A stretch of DNA of 64,000 nt from an uncultured delta proteobacterium (GCA_963778115.1 CAVZSV010000004.1:480001-544000); one strand, 5' to 3'; shown: positions 37,955 to 47,761, counted from the first letter of the stretch. A program made the numbers and translations. The notes: generated by a model from the letters alone, not told the origin.

Positions 37955-40258
37955 CTATTGCTGTACGCAGTAGAGAGAATACGTATACCCAGCACATCTA
38001 ATGAAACCAATGGGGATCTGATCACCGGGCGCTGCGGAGTTAATAACATTGGCGTCGGTATAAGTGCTAAGACCGACAGTCATCCACACGTTGCTTGTCG
38101 CCCCGCTTGTCCATTTCGCACAGTTGTAAGTGGGGGAAGATGTCCAATCATACTGCAGACCAGTCGCTACCCAGTTAGGATTAGATGCGTTGAAGATTAG
38201 GGGATTAATTAGAGGAAAATTAAATATTCCAGCGGCATTCGTGACACCGATTTCAAGTCCTCCGGGAGTCGTGTAAACCGTGTAAGGGGACATCACCCAC
38301 CCTGTATTTTCTGATGCCCCCCCAGAGCAATTTGAGGTTGTGCAGGCGATGCGTGAACTGCCATCCGAGAGAAGTGCTTTATATGTGGCACTGCCTGAAG
38401 GCTTATTAGGATCGCTAGCACATAATGCGTCTGCGCCGCTTATGCCCCCGAAGTTTCCACTAGTGATTGTGGTTGAGGTTGTAACAAAGATCTTCTTTTG
38501 CTGCGTCACTGCCACGGTCACCGCAATGGTTTGGCTCCCGCTCCCCTGGTTTCCGGCTAAATCTTCAATGGATGACATCGCAATGGTAAGAGTCATGGAT
38601 TGTCCCGCCGCACAAACTGCGGTGGAGAAAGACACGGTTATCGATGCAGTTCCGCTACCGGTGACCGAGGAGACCGTCGGGGGAGTGCTGCAGGTGCTAG
38701 CCGTAACATTAAAGTCCGAAGCGACAACATGGACCGCCTCGGAAAAGGTCAGAGCGATACTGCCAGGCATAGCGAGGACTCCAGACCCGTTCGATGTACT
38801 GGAGCTGGATAGCGTTGGTGGCGTGTTATCGACGGTAATGACCAAACTCTCCGGAGAAACGGTCGAAGGATTTCCTAGGCTATCGTGCACGGTTCCCGCA
38901 TTCACATGAACGGTAAGAGTGCCATTGCCGCTGCAGCTACTGAGCGTGATGGTGGCTCCAGCGGTCGAGATGGAACTGACCGCAACGGTGCATGACGGGT
39001 TGCCCGTCACCGGGGTAACGGTAACTCCGCCTCCCGCGGCCGTAAGGGTTCCCGTAAGCACTGTGCCACCGGAGACTGAAGCGACGTAGGTTAAGGCTAT
39101 AGTCGATGTTGCTGCAGAATTGATGTCCGTACTACTGGGGTTCGCCAGATTGGCGGATGGACCACTGGTGTCAACCGAGTAGGTGTTAGTTACCGAAGAT
39201 CCCGTCCCGCTATTTCCGACCAAGTCCGTAATGGAAGCCGGGTTTACCGTAACGGTTAAGTGTTGCCCATTGGCGCACGTCCCCCCGCTGAGAGCTGCGG
39301 TGGCAACCATACTGCTACTCATGGCAACTGAAGAAACGGTCGGTGCGGTAGTGCAACTCCCCCCTAAAACAAATTTCGAGGTGCTAACCGTAGTCACGGC
39401 CTTACTAAATGTGGCAACTAGGGTAGTGGGAACTGGATTCACCGTTCCCGTCGCCGGGGCAAGTGTTACTAGTGTGGGACCCGTGTTATCGACGGTAATA
39501 ATCGAACTCTCCGGGGAAACGGTCGATGGATTCCCCTCGCTGTCTTGAACGGTCCCCGCATTTACGTGAACGGTAAGGGTGCCATTACCGCTGCAGTTAC
39601 TCAGCGTAATGGTAGCTCCCTCAGTGGAGAGGGAACTGACCGCGACGGTGCTGCACAACGGGTTCCCAGTCACCGTCGTCAGGCTAACTCCGCCCCCCGT
39701 GGCAGTAAGGGTCCCCGTTAGCGTTGTGCCTCCGGAAACTGAAGCCGTGAAGGCCACGGGAATGGTTGAGGAACCCGAGGAATTTAAGGTCGTATTACTG
39801 GGCAACCCCAAACTGGCGGACGGCCCCCCCGTATTTACGGTAAATGTTTTGGCAACCGCAGACCCGGTGCCAGCAATTCCAAGTGCATTCGTAACTTTGG
39901 TGGGGTCGAGAGTTACACCAAGACTTTGGCCGTTCGTGCAACTTCCTCCGGTTAAAGTAGCCGTCGCCACGGTGTTACCACTGCTCATAGCGACGGAGGA
40001 AACCGTCGGCGCCGTCGAACAGGTGCCTCCAATCGTAAATGCCGATGTCGAAATCGTGCTCATGACCTGACTAAAAGTTGCAATAACTGAAGTGGGAGTC
40101 GGATTTACATATCCGCCCGCGGGCAGCAAAGTAATAAGCGTTGGAGCTGTTTGATTGACAAGCAACGGAGTAGTGGAACGCGTGCAACCGAACAAAAATA
40201 AAGTTGAAGTCCCAAGCAATAATAGGAATACCTGATACGGGGCCCGGAGAATACGCAT
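37955..40258 (-). CDS. Ser/Thr-rich Ig-like repeat lipoprotein with C-terminal DUF1554 (Len/endostatin-like) domain
   Basis: lipobox LFGC; internal ~220-aa duplication; KIFVT...GNFGGISGADALC...YKALL...LYCVQQ. Confidence 0.8.
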   Translation of the reverse strand: MRILRAPYQVFLLLLGTSTLFLFGCTRSTTPLLVNQTAPTLITLLPAGGYVNPTPTSVIATFSQVMSTISTSAFTIGGTCSTAPTVSSVAMSSGNTVATATLTGGSCTNGQSLGVTLDPTKVTNALGIAGTGSAVAKTFTVNTGGPSASLGLPSNTTLNSSGSSTIPVAFTASVSGGTTLTGTLTATGGGVSLTTVTGNPLCSTVAVSSLSTEGATITLSNCSGNGTLTVHVNAGTVQDSEGNPSTVSPESSIITVDNTGPTLVTLAPATGTVNPVPTTLVATFSKAVTTVSTSKFVLGGSCTTAPTVSSVAMSSSMVATAALSGGTCANGQHLTVTVNPASITDLVGNSGTGSSVTNTYSVDTSGPSANLANPSSTDINSAATSTIALTYVASVSGGTVLTGTLTAAGGGVTVTPVTGNPSCTVAVSSISTAGATITLSSCSGNGTLTVHVNAGTVHDSLGNPSTVSPESLVITVDNTPPTLSSSSTSNGSGVLAMPGSIALTFSEAVHVVASDFNVTASTCSTPPTVSSVTGSGTASITVSFSTAVCAAGQSMTLTIAMSSIEDLAGNQGSGSQTIAVTVAVTQQKKIFVTTSTTITSGNFGGISGADALCASDPNKPSGSATYKALLSDGSSRIACTTSNCSGGASENTGWVMSPYTVYTTPGGLEIGVTNAAGIFNFPLINPLIFNASNPNWVATGLQYDWTSSPTYNCAKWTSGATSNVWMTVGLSTYTDANVINSAAPGDQIPIGFIRCAGYTYSLYCVQQ

Positions 40259-40302
40259 AAAAAATCCTCACTACACTGACAACATTGCGCTCTGTTTCTA
40301 GT

Positions 40303-40329
40303 TATCGACATGTCAGGAAAATTACTTGC
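40303..40329 (-). promoter_or_regulatory. sigma28-like promoter
   Basis: GCAAG-N16-TCGATA upstream of 40258. Confidence 0.4.
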
Positions 40330-40397
40330 AGAGCTCGAGGCATCACTGAGAATATGAGAAAAATTCCACAATTATTACTGAGGAAAATGGCCCAAGT

Positions 40398-40419
40398 GGT
40401 GCCCGTCGACTTTCAGGAC
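40398..40419. repeat. third copy of the REP-like arm
   Basis: ggtgcccgtcgactttcaggac, identical to 37843-37864. Confidence 0.85.
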
Positions 40420-40601
40420 TCTCGCAGTGGGGCAAACCAAGGTCCCGAAATTCTCCAGGAGAGTGACACCTTGTCGGAGTTCTCCGCTTCAAATTATCGG
40501 AGAGATACCAAAGCGGATATGCCGGTTGAGATTAATAGTAATTTTAAGATTAATCGTTAATCATTTTCCGTGAGGCTTGTAGGTATCCGAAATCTCAAAT
40601 A

Positions 40602-40643
40602 TCGGGGTGGCCGGATTTGAACCGGCGACCTCTTCGTCCCGAA
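40602..40643 (-). repeat. att site: duplicated 3' half of tRNA-Pro
   Basis: tcggggtggccggatttgaaccggcgacctcttcgtcccgaa, identical to 55119-55160. Confidence 0.95.
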
Positions 40644-40772
40644 AGGTATTTGGCCCAAAACCTCAATAATCCCCAATAAACTTCGGCGAACAATAAAGCA
40701 CAAGATATTAAAAGCTTATAGGCAGTTCCAAAGTTCTGTGTTAGTCACCATAAGATACTGAAGTACACCGAT

Positions 40773-40795
40773 TTTGGACTTAAGGTGGACTTACG
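40773..40795 (+). repeat. putative integrase arm-type site (left)
   Basis: tttggacttaaggtggacttacg, identical to 55048-55070. Confidence 0.75.
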
Positions 40796-40808
40796 GAGTG
40801 GGGACACC

Positions 40809-42080
40809 ATGAAAGCAAAGATTGGGAACCGCCTTTTAGACTCCCTGAAAACCGAAGCGAAGGCGTACGAAGTGTGTGATACCGAACTTGCGGGCTTCAT
40901 GGTCCGCGTCCAACCCTCCGGTGCAATGACATATATATGCAGCTACCGGCTTAAGGACGGACGCCGCCAGAGGATGACGCTCGGGAGAACATCGCTCTTC
41001 ACTCCTACCCAAGCACGTGACTGGGCCTTCTCTATTATGGCCGACGTGAGAAAAGGATTGGATCCGGCGTCCTCCAGAAAAACTGCGAAGGCAGAATCGC
41101 TCCTAATTTTCCTGGACGAGATATACGGACCGTGGGTATCGGCCCATCGAAAAAGAGGCAAGGAAACGCTTAAGCGCCTTAAATCCTATTTTTCAGATTT
41201 TCTGCGAAAGCCCATATGTGAGATCACGCCGTGGGCAATTGAAAAGTGGCGCACCCAAAAACGAAAAGACGGATTGAAGCCGATCAGCGTAAACCGCGAG
41301 TTGTCCGCTCTGAGATCCGCTCTGTCTAAGGCTGTAGAGTGGGGGCTGATCGAGACCCATCCTTTGGCGAAGGTAAAACCCTTCAAAACGGACAAGAAAG
41401 GAATCGTCCGCTACCTAAGTGAAGAGGAAGAGGGCCGTCTGCGCATTGCACTGGATGATCGTGAAGAGAAGCTGCGCGTTGCTAGAGATAGTGCGAATGA
41501 ATGGAGGAGGATCCGCGACTATCCTGAATATCCGAACTTACGCAGCCAATACTTTGCTGATTATCTGAAACCACTGGTCATCCTATCAATTAACACCGGA
41601 CTGAGACGAGGCGAGCTTCTCAGTTTGTCGTGGCGGAACGTCGACTTTACCCGATCCGTACTAACGGTAGCTGGGACCGCAGCTAAGAGCGGAAGTACAC
41701 GCCACATTCCTCTGAATAAAGAGGCTCGACTTCTTCTCGGAGAATGGAAACATCAGCACCCCACCTTGCCCGACGCGTTTCTATTCACGAACGGAAGCGG
41801 CGAGCGGCTTGGTGAACTAAGGAAATCATGGCATAGCCTTCTGGCGCGCGCAAAGATCGAGAATTTTCGATGGCACGACTTGAGACACCACTTCGCAAGC
41901 AAGCTCGTCATGGCAGGGGTTGATCTAAATACCGTAAGAGAGCTTCTTGGGCACGCCGATATTACGATGACCCTGCGCTACGCCCACTTAGCCCCCCACA
42001 TTACAGCAGCAGCCGTAGAAAAAATTCAGTGGCAGCCGAAACCCCTTCAAGCTTTGGAACCCACTTGTGCCGAAGCCTAA
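40809..42080 (+). CDS. int: tyrosine integrase with N-terminal arm-binding domain
   Basis: TGLRRGE, K, HDLRH, LGH, RYAH catalytic set; N-terminal CDTELAGFMVRV. Confidence 0.95.
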   Translation: MKAKIGNRLLDSLKTEAKAYEVCDTELAGFMVRVQPSGAMTYICSYRLKDGRRQRMTLGRTSLFTPTQARDWAFSIMADVRKGLDPASSRKTAKAESLLIFLDEIYGPWVSAHRKRGKETLKRLKSYFSDFLRKPICEITPWAIEKWRTQKRKDGLKPISVNRELSALRSALSKAVEWGLIETHPLAKVKPFKTDKKGIVRYLSEEEEGRLRIALDDREEKLRVARDSANEWRRIRDYPEYPNLRSQYFADYLKPLVILSINTGLRRGELLSLSWRNVDFTRSVLTVAGTAAKSGSTRHIPLNKEARLLLGEWKHQHPTLPDAFLFTNGSGERLGELRKSWHSLLARAKIENFRWHDLRHHFASKLVMAGVDLNTVRELLGHADITMTLRYAHLAPHITAAAVEKIQWQPKPLQALEPTCAEA

Positions 42081-42888
42081 AAAGCCATTAGGGTCAAATT
42101 CCGGCAATGCACAGTTGAAAAAGGAAATACTCGCGCTTGTCGGCTACAAATCGGGCTTCGATTCGGGTGCCTTGGAACTTCTTGGCGAGATCGGCCTGTT
42201 GGGAAAATGGCACCCAGAACAGAAATCCCGAATGGATCCCGGCCCCAGGGCCGCTGAAAGAGCGCAAGTTAATTCAATGATCGAGAGCATAAGCGAGACC
42301 CTTTCTAAGTTCGATACCTTAGGGGAAAACATAGTTCGAGGAATTGGTTTTCAAAACTACGAGGGGAAGTTCCTAAACCGAATCGATCGAAGAGCTTTCG
42401 AAAGACGAAACCTCCGGTATCCACCAATACCTCGCCGTTCAAAAGGATCCCTTTTAAAACGTGTGATACGGCCATTTTTTAGCGGATCTATCCGCGATCC
42501 ATTTTTCTTAACAAAATTAATCCTAACCCTATCGAAGAGAGACTTTTTGAAGCTAAGAAAGAAATATGCTTCCCTACCAACCAGGAGCGGACCGACAAAA
42601 AACGCCGAGCACTACTTAGAACAGCAGCTTTTCAAGCTTTTTGATACGTATTGCACGGATGAAGATTTCTCGCGCGAGGGAATGATTGAAAACGAATACG
42701 TGAATCGAAAAGCTAAATTCGTTTATTTATCCATGAAGACTGTAGGTGTATCCCCTCGCGACTTAGGTTCTGCAAATCGAGGAACAAAATATTCGGGGAG
42801 ATTGGGAAGAGCCGCTTTCGAGCATTCAAAAGACCCAATGTCATGGTTAACAGCCCATTCTGTACGCGTCGGAGTTATAAATAAGTAG
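42067..42888 (+). CDS. hypothetical protein
   Basis: 273-aa ORF overlapping the integrase stop. Confidence 0.6.
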   Translation: MPKPKKPLGSNSGNAQLKKEILALVGYKSGFDSGALELLGEIGLLGKWHPEQKSRMDPGPRAAERAQVNSMIESISETLSKFDTLGENIVRGIGFQNYEGKFLNRIDRRAFERRNLRYPPIPRRSKGSLLKRVIRPFFSGSIRDPFFLTKLILTLSKRDFLKLRKKYASLPTRSGPTKNAEHYLEQQLFKLFDTYCTDEDFSREGMIENEYVNRKAKFVYLSMKTVGVSPRDLGSANRGTKYSGRLGRAAFEHSKDPMSWLTAHSVRVGVINK

Positions 42889-43013
42889 CCATTACAATAC
42901 TTTGACAGTTGAACCCACCAATTTCGTTTTTTAACCGTCCGAATCGATTTTCCAAAGGCGGTAGATATCCCTACACGATCCGGAATGAACCGAATCGCTA
43001 GCGGAGATATCAC

Positions 43014-43232
43014 ATGGTACCAAAATCAATCTTCAACGAAAAAGAGGCCGCCGAATACCTGGGGCTCTCACCCTCCACATTGAGACAAAGTCGATTTCAC
43101 GGAAAAAGAGAAAAACACTTACCTCCTCCACCGTTTATCAAAGTAGGAAGGTGCATTAGATACCTAAGAAATGACCTAGACTTATGGCTAAATAAACATC
43201 GAATTGAGCAACAAGAAGGTCAGAGCCGATGA
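43014..43232 (+). CDS. AlpA/excisionase-like HTH protein
   Basis: NEKEAAEYLGLSPSTL...PPFIKVGRCIRY...DLDLW; GGAG RBS. Confidence 0.88.
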   Translation: MVPKSIFNEKEAAEYLGLSPSTLRQSRFHGKREKHLPPPPFIKVGRCIRYLRNDLDLWLNKHRIEQQEGQSR

Positions 43233-45700
43233 AGCACATCGATGAAGCTCTATCCGAAATTAAGCAAAGAGGCTATCAACTCCAGAGCATTGAGCCAGAT
43301 GGAATTATTCACCGTTTCGGTCCGAAACTAGCGCAATGGTATGTAGCTTATGAAAATCAAAATCAGAACGGCGTCCCATACATCGTAGTGACCTATGGCG
43401 ACTGGCGCACCGAAGAAAAACTTACTTTCACTACAGGGAAGCTCGAACTAGCACCGCAAGATAGATCTCGTATCCGGGAGCAGATCGACGTAAGTAAAGT
43501 TGAAGCAGAGAAAGCACGAGAGGATTTGCAGACTGAGATTGCTATCGAATGCGAACAAAAATGGGAATCTCTGGCCGCAGAAGGAGATTCTCCCTATTTC
43601 GGCCGAAAACAAATCACGGGACCGCTCGGTGCCAGATTTGACGGACAAACAATATGCGTCCCGTGTCGAGACATTGATGGGAAAATTTGGTCTCTTCAGC
43701 ACATCAATCCGGATGGTAGCAAATATTTTTCCCGCTCGGGAAAAGTAAGAGGGCACTTTCACGTCATCGGAGACTTGGAGCACTCTTCAACGTTCTATAT
43801 AGGAGAGGGATTCGCCACTATGGCTTCGGTGCATATCGCCATGCGGCGCACATGCATCGTCGCTTTTAACTCCGGTAATCTCATCCATGTCGCGCAAACG
43901 ATAAAGGAGCGCTATCCCGATAGCCAACTCGTAATTTGTGGCGATGACGATAGATGGACAAAAAAAACCGACGGCACCTTCCACAATATAGGAAGGATTA
44001 AGGCAAAAAAAGCAGCAAAAGAGACGAAGTCGCTCGTGGTATTTCCAAAATTTTCCGATTCCACATCCAAGCCTACCGACTTTAACGACCTTTACTGCCT
44101 TGAAGGAATAGAGGCCGTCATCGAACAACTAACGCTAGATGTAGAAAATCCCACTCAAAAGGAAAAGCCACCCTCGCAAGCCACGATCCTAATCGCACTC
44201 TGCCGAACTATTGATCTGTTTCATTCGCCGGATGGAGACGCGTATGCGACATTTGAAGTCGGTAACCACAAGGAGACTTGGGCATTGAAAAGTAAGGGAT
44301 TCAGGGAATGGCTCTCGCGACAATATTACTTAAATGAACGAGCCGCCCCAAGTTCCCAGGCAATGCAGGACGCTTTAGGGGTATTGTCAGCCAAGGCAAA
44401 TTTCGATGGGGACGAGATACCGGTCTTCCTTCGAATAGCCAAGCACGAAGGAAACATTTACCTCGACCTTTGCAACGCCGATTGGGAAGTAGTTGAAATA
44501 ACCTCAACCGGATGGAATGTAATTTCTAACTCGCCGGTCAGGTTTCAAAGGTCAAAAGGAATGCTGCCCATCTCTTCCCCCGAGCACGTCGAATGCGCCA
44601 CAGGCGTCACAGAGTTACAAAGTTTCCTGAATGTGGAAACGAAAGATGACTTCATGTTGTTACTTGCCTGGTTAGTGAGTGCATACAATCCTGATGGGCC
44701 ATATCTGGTGCTCGTTTTGTATGGCGAGCAAGGTTCTGCCAAGAGCACAACCGTAAAGCTTCTGCGTTCACTGATAGACCCGCACGCTTGTCCCTTACGT
44801 CGGGAGCCACGTAACTCCGATGACCTAATGGTCTCCGCTAGGAGCAATTGGACGGTTGTGATCGATAATATGTCTCACTTACCGGATGGTTTATCGGACG
44901 ATTTCTGCCGCCTTGCCACGGGTGGGGGGCTTTCCAAGCGTCAGCACTACTCCAATGACGAAGAAATCATTTTGAATGCTAAGCGTCCGATAATCTTGAA
45001 TGGCATCGACGAATTTGTAACTCGCGGTGACCTTACCAGCCGTTCAATTACAATCAGTCTACCTTCCATCCCAGAGGCGGAACGTAAGCGTGAGGAGATA
45101 ATTAGGAAGGAATTTTCGGAAGCCCAGCAACGATTCTTAGGACTGGTCCTCAATGCAATTTCAACATCCCTGGCGAACAAGGACAAATTCGAGTTAGAGA
45201 AGGTGCCGCGTATGGCGGACGCTTGGCATTTCATCACCGCTGCTGAAACGGCCTTTGGTTGGGAGCGCGGTCTATCGCTGAAAGCATTTCTCGCGAATCA
45301 AGAGAAGGCCAACGAAGTCATTCTTAATAATTCAATCGTTTACCCCTACATTTTCGCTTTAGCAGGAGATGGCTGGGAGGGGACTGCCACAGAACTTCTC
45401 GACAGGATGAACATTATGCGGAGCGCAACTCAATGCAAAGATTATAAGACTTGGCCGACGATCCCCAAATCTTTGTCAGATCGAATTCGTAGGATCAATC
45501 CGGCTCTACGAAGCTCCGGAATCGAAGTAATCTTTGATAAGACGTCTGGCAACGATTCAAAACGAATGATTCACATCAAAAAATTATCGAACCACTGCGA
45601 CGCCAGCGACGCTTCGACGCAACCTAATCGAAATGGCGACGCATGCGTCGAACACGTCGAAAAAAAACGTGAAACTTCTGAAGAGCGATTTGACATATGA
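43229..45700 (+). CDS. TOPRIM primase fused to an SF3-like helicase
   Basis: IGEGFAT, CGDDD, PTDFNDL; Walker A GEQGSAKST; VIDN, PIILNGI. Confidence 0.88.
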   Translation: MKHIDEALSEIKQRGYQLQSIEPDGIIHRFGPKLAQWYVAYENQNQNGVPYIVVTYGDWRTEEKLTFTTGKLELAPQDRSRIREQIDVSKVEAEKAREDLQTEIAIECEQKWESLAAEGDSPYFGRKQITGPLGARFDGQTICVPCRDIDGKIWSLQHINPDGSKYFSRSGKVRGHFHVIGDLEHSSTFYIGEGFATMASVHIAMRRTCIVAFNSGNLIHVAQTIKERYPDSQLVICGDDDRWTKKTDGTFHNIGRIKAKKAAKETKSLVVFPKFSDSTSKPTDFNDLYCLEGIEAVIEQLTLDVENPTQKEKPPSQATILIALCRTIDLFHSPDGDAYATFEVGNHKETWALKSKGFREWLSRQYYLNERAAPSSQAMQDALGVLSAKANFDGDEIPVFLRIAKHEGNIYLDLCNADWEVVEITSTGWNVISNSPVRFQRSKGMLPISSPEHVECATGVTELQSFLNVETKDDFMLLLAWLVSAYNPDGPYLVLVLYGEQGSAKSTTVKLLRSLIDPHACPLRREPRNSDDLMVSARSNWTVVIDNMSHLPDGLSDDFCRLATGGGLSKRQHYSNDEEIILNAKRPIILNGIDEFVTRGDLTSRSITISLPSIPEAERKREEIIRKEFSEAQQRFLGLVLNAISTSLANKDKFELEKVPRMADAWHFITAAETAFGWERGLSLKAFLANQEKANEVILNNSIVYPYIFALAGDGWEGTATELLDRMNIMRSATQCKDYKTWPTIPKSLSDRIRRINPALRSSGIEVIFDKTSGNDSKRMIHIKKLSNHCDASDASTQPNRNGDACVEHVEKKRETSEERFDI
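45597..45659. repeat. CGACGC iteron-like cluster, putative origin
   Basis: four direct CGACGC copies, then inverted GCGTCG/CGTCG, in the 3' end of the primase gene. Confidence 0.5.
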
Positions 45701-46002
45701 GCGCCCACCAATTTCTTCAGGAGCTGAACAGTCTCGGCATACGGGTTAAGTCGGTGGGAGAGAATTTGAGTGTGGCAGCTCCCAAAGGCGCGGTCACAGA
45801 ATATATATTGAAAAGACTAGCCACCATGAAAAGGGAGCTTCTAGTAATTTGCCCACCGGAAATTCCGGCTCTTCCAATCGATACCGTATATTCCTTTTTG
45901 TCGGACTGCATAGAAACAACTCCGTCGGAAGGATGGAACTTTCCCGACCGGCCTAAGTACACGGTGCGCGAGCTGGCGCTTTATGCTGTGTTCTGTGAAT
46001 GA
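45697..46002 (+). CDS. small protein with TubC_N-like docking-domain pattern
   Basis: LQELNSLGIRV...GENLSVAAPKGAVT...L...KRELL; ATGA overlap. Confidence 0.6.
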   Translation: MSAHQFLQELNSLGIRVKSVGENLSVAAPKGAVTEYILKRLATMKRELLVICPPEIPALPIDTVYSFLSDCIETTPSEGWNFPDRPKYTVRELALYAVFCE

Positions 46003-46198
46003 TCACGGCGGATAGGTCAGATATCTCAGTGCATTGAGGTATTCAACTATTGCGTTAGATGCTTACTGCCACACGCCAGATTTCTTCCCGGCTGGACCTG
46101 GGATGGAAGAAAAAATTACGTATGGATAGGTTTCCGATGCACGAAGCTAGGATAAAAACAGAAAGATACCGTTGTCTTCTTTTCCAATGAAAGGTTTC

Positions 46199-46810
46199 CT
46201 ATTTCGATTCTCGCTTCGAAATTTCAACTGGCTGCGTTGGTCCCGCCATCTGCCATATCTCTTCGAACCTATCTCGATACCGCTTAACAATCTCCGGATT
46301 GGCAATATAAATCTGGTTCTCGTTGTTCGCTTTGCTAGCGTGATTAGTGAAATTGAATGACCCGGTTTCGATCATCCGCCCGTCTACGATGGCAAATTTA
46401 TTGTGCATGATGCCTCGCTGCCGACCAGAACGAACATTTGCCCCTGCTTTAATCAGTAACGGCACTAAGGAATGTAGACCCTTTGCTTGGCGGGTATCCA
46501 CGATTATGCGTACCTGTAGCTTCTTAGAAGCCAGTAGGAGCTGATGCACAAGTTGGTCCAAATTTATGTCGTAGATAGCGATGTCGACGGATTTCTGTGC
46601 CATTTCGATAAACTTAATAAGCTTCAAGTCACATGGCTCTTCGGGAGAAAAACAAACTTCCCCATCTTTTGGAGGCGTAATCACTTTACTGAGGGTCCCC
46701 TCTTCCACTTTATCAACGACGCCCGCCCCATTCCCGGCAAAAGTGAGATTTGGTGACAATAGTAAGGACAGAAAGTTCAGGACGAAAAAAACAAATGATC
46801 CCATTTTCAT
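46199..46810 (-). CDS. secreted Nuc-like phospholipase D-family nuclease
   Basis: signal peptide; MHNKFAIVD (HxKxxxxD), TGSFNFT, NNEN. Confidence 0.85.
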   Translation of the reverse strand: MKMGSFVFFVLNFLSLLLSPNLTFAGNGAGVVDKVEEGTLSKVITPPKDGEVCFSPEEPCDLKLIKFIEMAQKSVDIAIYDINLDQLVHQLLLASKKLQVRIIVDTRQAKGLHSLVPLLIKAGANVRSGRQRGIMHNKFAIVDGRMIETGSFNFTNHASKANNENQIYIANPEIVKRYRDRFEEIWQMAGPTQPVEISKRESK

Positions 46811-47010
46811 TTTCCGCGCTCCTTCTCTATCTGTTTCCGGCTCCATATAACAAATTGATCCAGCGCTGTCTGAATAACGTCAGTCGTTGTCCATCCGTAT
46901 TCATCGGCAAGCGCGTCCAATGCCTTCATTAGGCGGACCGGTAGCCGCATTGACATCATTTTCTTTTCTCCCTGAGTAAACTCTCTTTTTGGTAGATTAA
47001 ACTTTGCCAC
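46807..47010 (-). CDS. CopG/ribbon-helix-helix protein
   Basis: MMSMRLP..LMKALDALA...TTDVIQTAL; AAGGAG RBS. Confidence 0.8.
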   Translation of the reverse strand: MAKFNLPKREFTQGEKKMMSMRLPVRLMKALDALADEYGWTTTDVIQTALDQFVIWSRKQIEKERGK

Positions 47011-47026
47011 GTCTTCTCCTTATATA

Positions 47027-47076
47027 ACTTATCGGAATATATATACATTGTATTTACCGTATTTACAATGTATTAC
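47027..47076. promoter_or_regulatory. sigma28-like promoter (minus strand) overlapped by a putative RHH operator
   Basis: TAAA-N16-TCCGATAA; inverted repeat atacattgta/tacaatgtat; repeated gtatttac. Confidence 0.55.
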
Positions 47077-47181
47077 ATATTGCGTTATAATACTATTAAG
47101 GGAAGACCTTGCCTATTCGCAAGTTTTCACTTCCTAACGTGAACATTGCTCAAACGCAGATAAGGGAACTGCGTATTTGCG

Positions 47182-47469
47182 GTGCATAGATTATCAGGGA
47201 AAGAAAAAGAGTTGGGCTTAAGAACTGCACATAGGCAGAATCAATATAGCGAGTTGCAAGAGCCAATATGGAGTCGAATTCGACTTCTCAGCATCAAATT
47301 GCGTGCTATCGCCTATTTGGTCGGTAACCAGTCAACCGAGGATCCGCCATTGGACTTGGAACAGATCTACATGGGGATCGGATTACTCTTGGAAGAAGTG
47401 TCGGAGGCTATGCGAGGGGCTTCCACGGAAATGGAGGTAAAGGATATTCGCTCACGGAAGAAAATCTGA
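47182..47469 (+). CDS. hypothetical protein
   Basis: 95-aa helical ORF; upstream tttaca-N18-tataat. Confidence 0.5.
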   Translation: MHRLSGKEKELGLRTAHRQNQYSELQEPIWSRIRLLSIKLRAIAYLVGNQSTEDPPLDLEQIYMGIGLLLEEVSEAMRGASTEMEVKDIRSRKKI

Positions 47470-47673
47470 GACGTTCACTTTGAATACTTTAGAAAGTCGA
47501 TAAAGGGTGTACAAATTCAGCGAGTGCTTGCCACTCTCTAACTTCTGGTAATGCCTATAATTGAAGCCGTGTTCCACCATGTCCCATTGCGTCAGTCCCC
47601 GACGTTCACGTATTTCTCGAAGGTTAGAGGCAATTGTCTGAAGAAGTTTATTGTAGTCGCGATCTGCGCTCAC
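47452..47673 (-). CDS. XRE-family HTH regulator
   Basis: NLREIRERRGLTQ...YQKLESG...LYTLYRLSKVF. Confidence 0.85.
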   Translation of the reverse strand: MSADRDYNKLLQTIASNLREIRERRGLTQWDMVEHGFNYRHYQKLESGKHSLNLYTLYRLSKVFKVNVSDFLP

Positions 47674-47761
47674 TTATTAATCGTGAGGCACACGACTTAT
47701 TTGTAACACGTACTATAAAGTTCGTCTTAAATCAGTCCGATGGAGGAACAGGGCTCTTGGA

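Noticed and set aside
37841..38200. DGR target (lectin-like C-terminus plus downstream hairpin)
   Set aside because: No template repeat or reverse transcriptase is seen in the window, and the hairpin arm recurs at 40398 like a REP. A remote DGR cannot be excluded without a genome search.
40602..40643. Second tRNA gene
   Set aside because: Only the 3' 42 nt are present; it is an att duplication.
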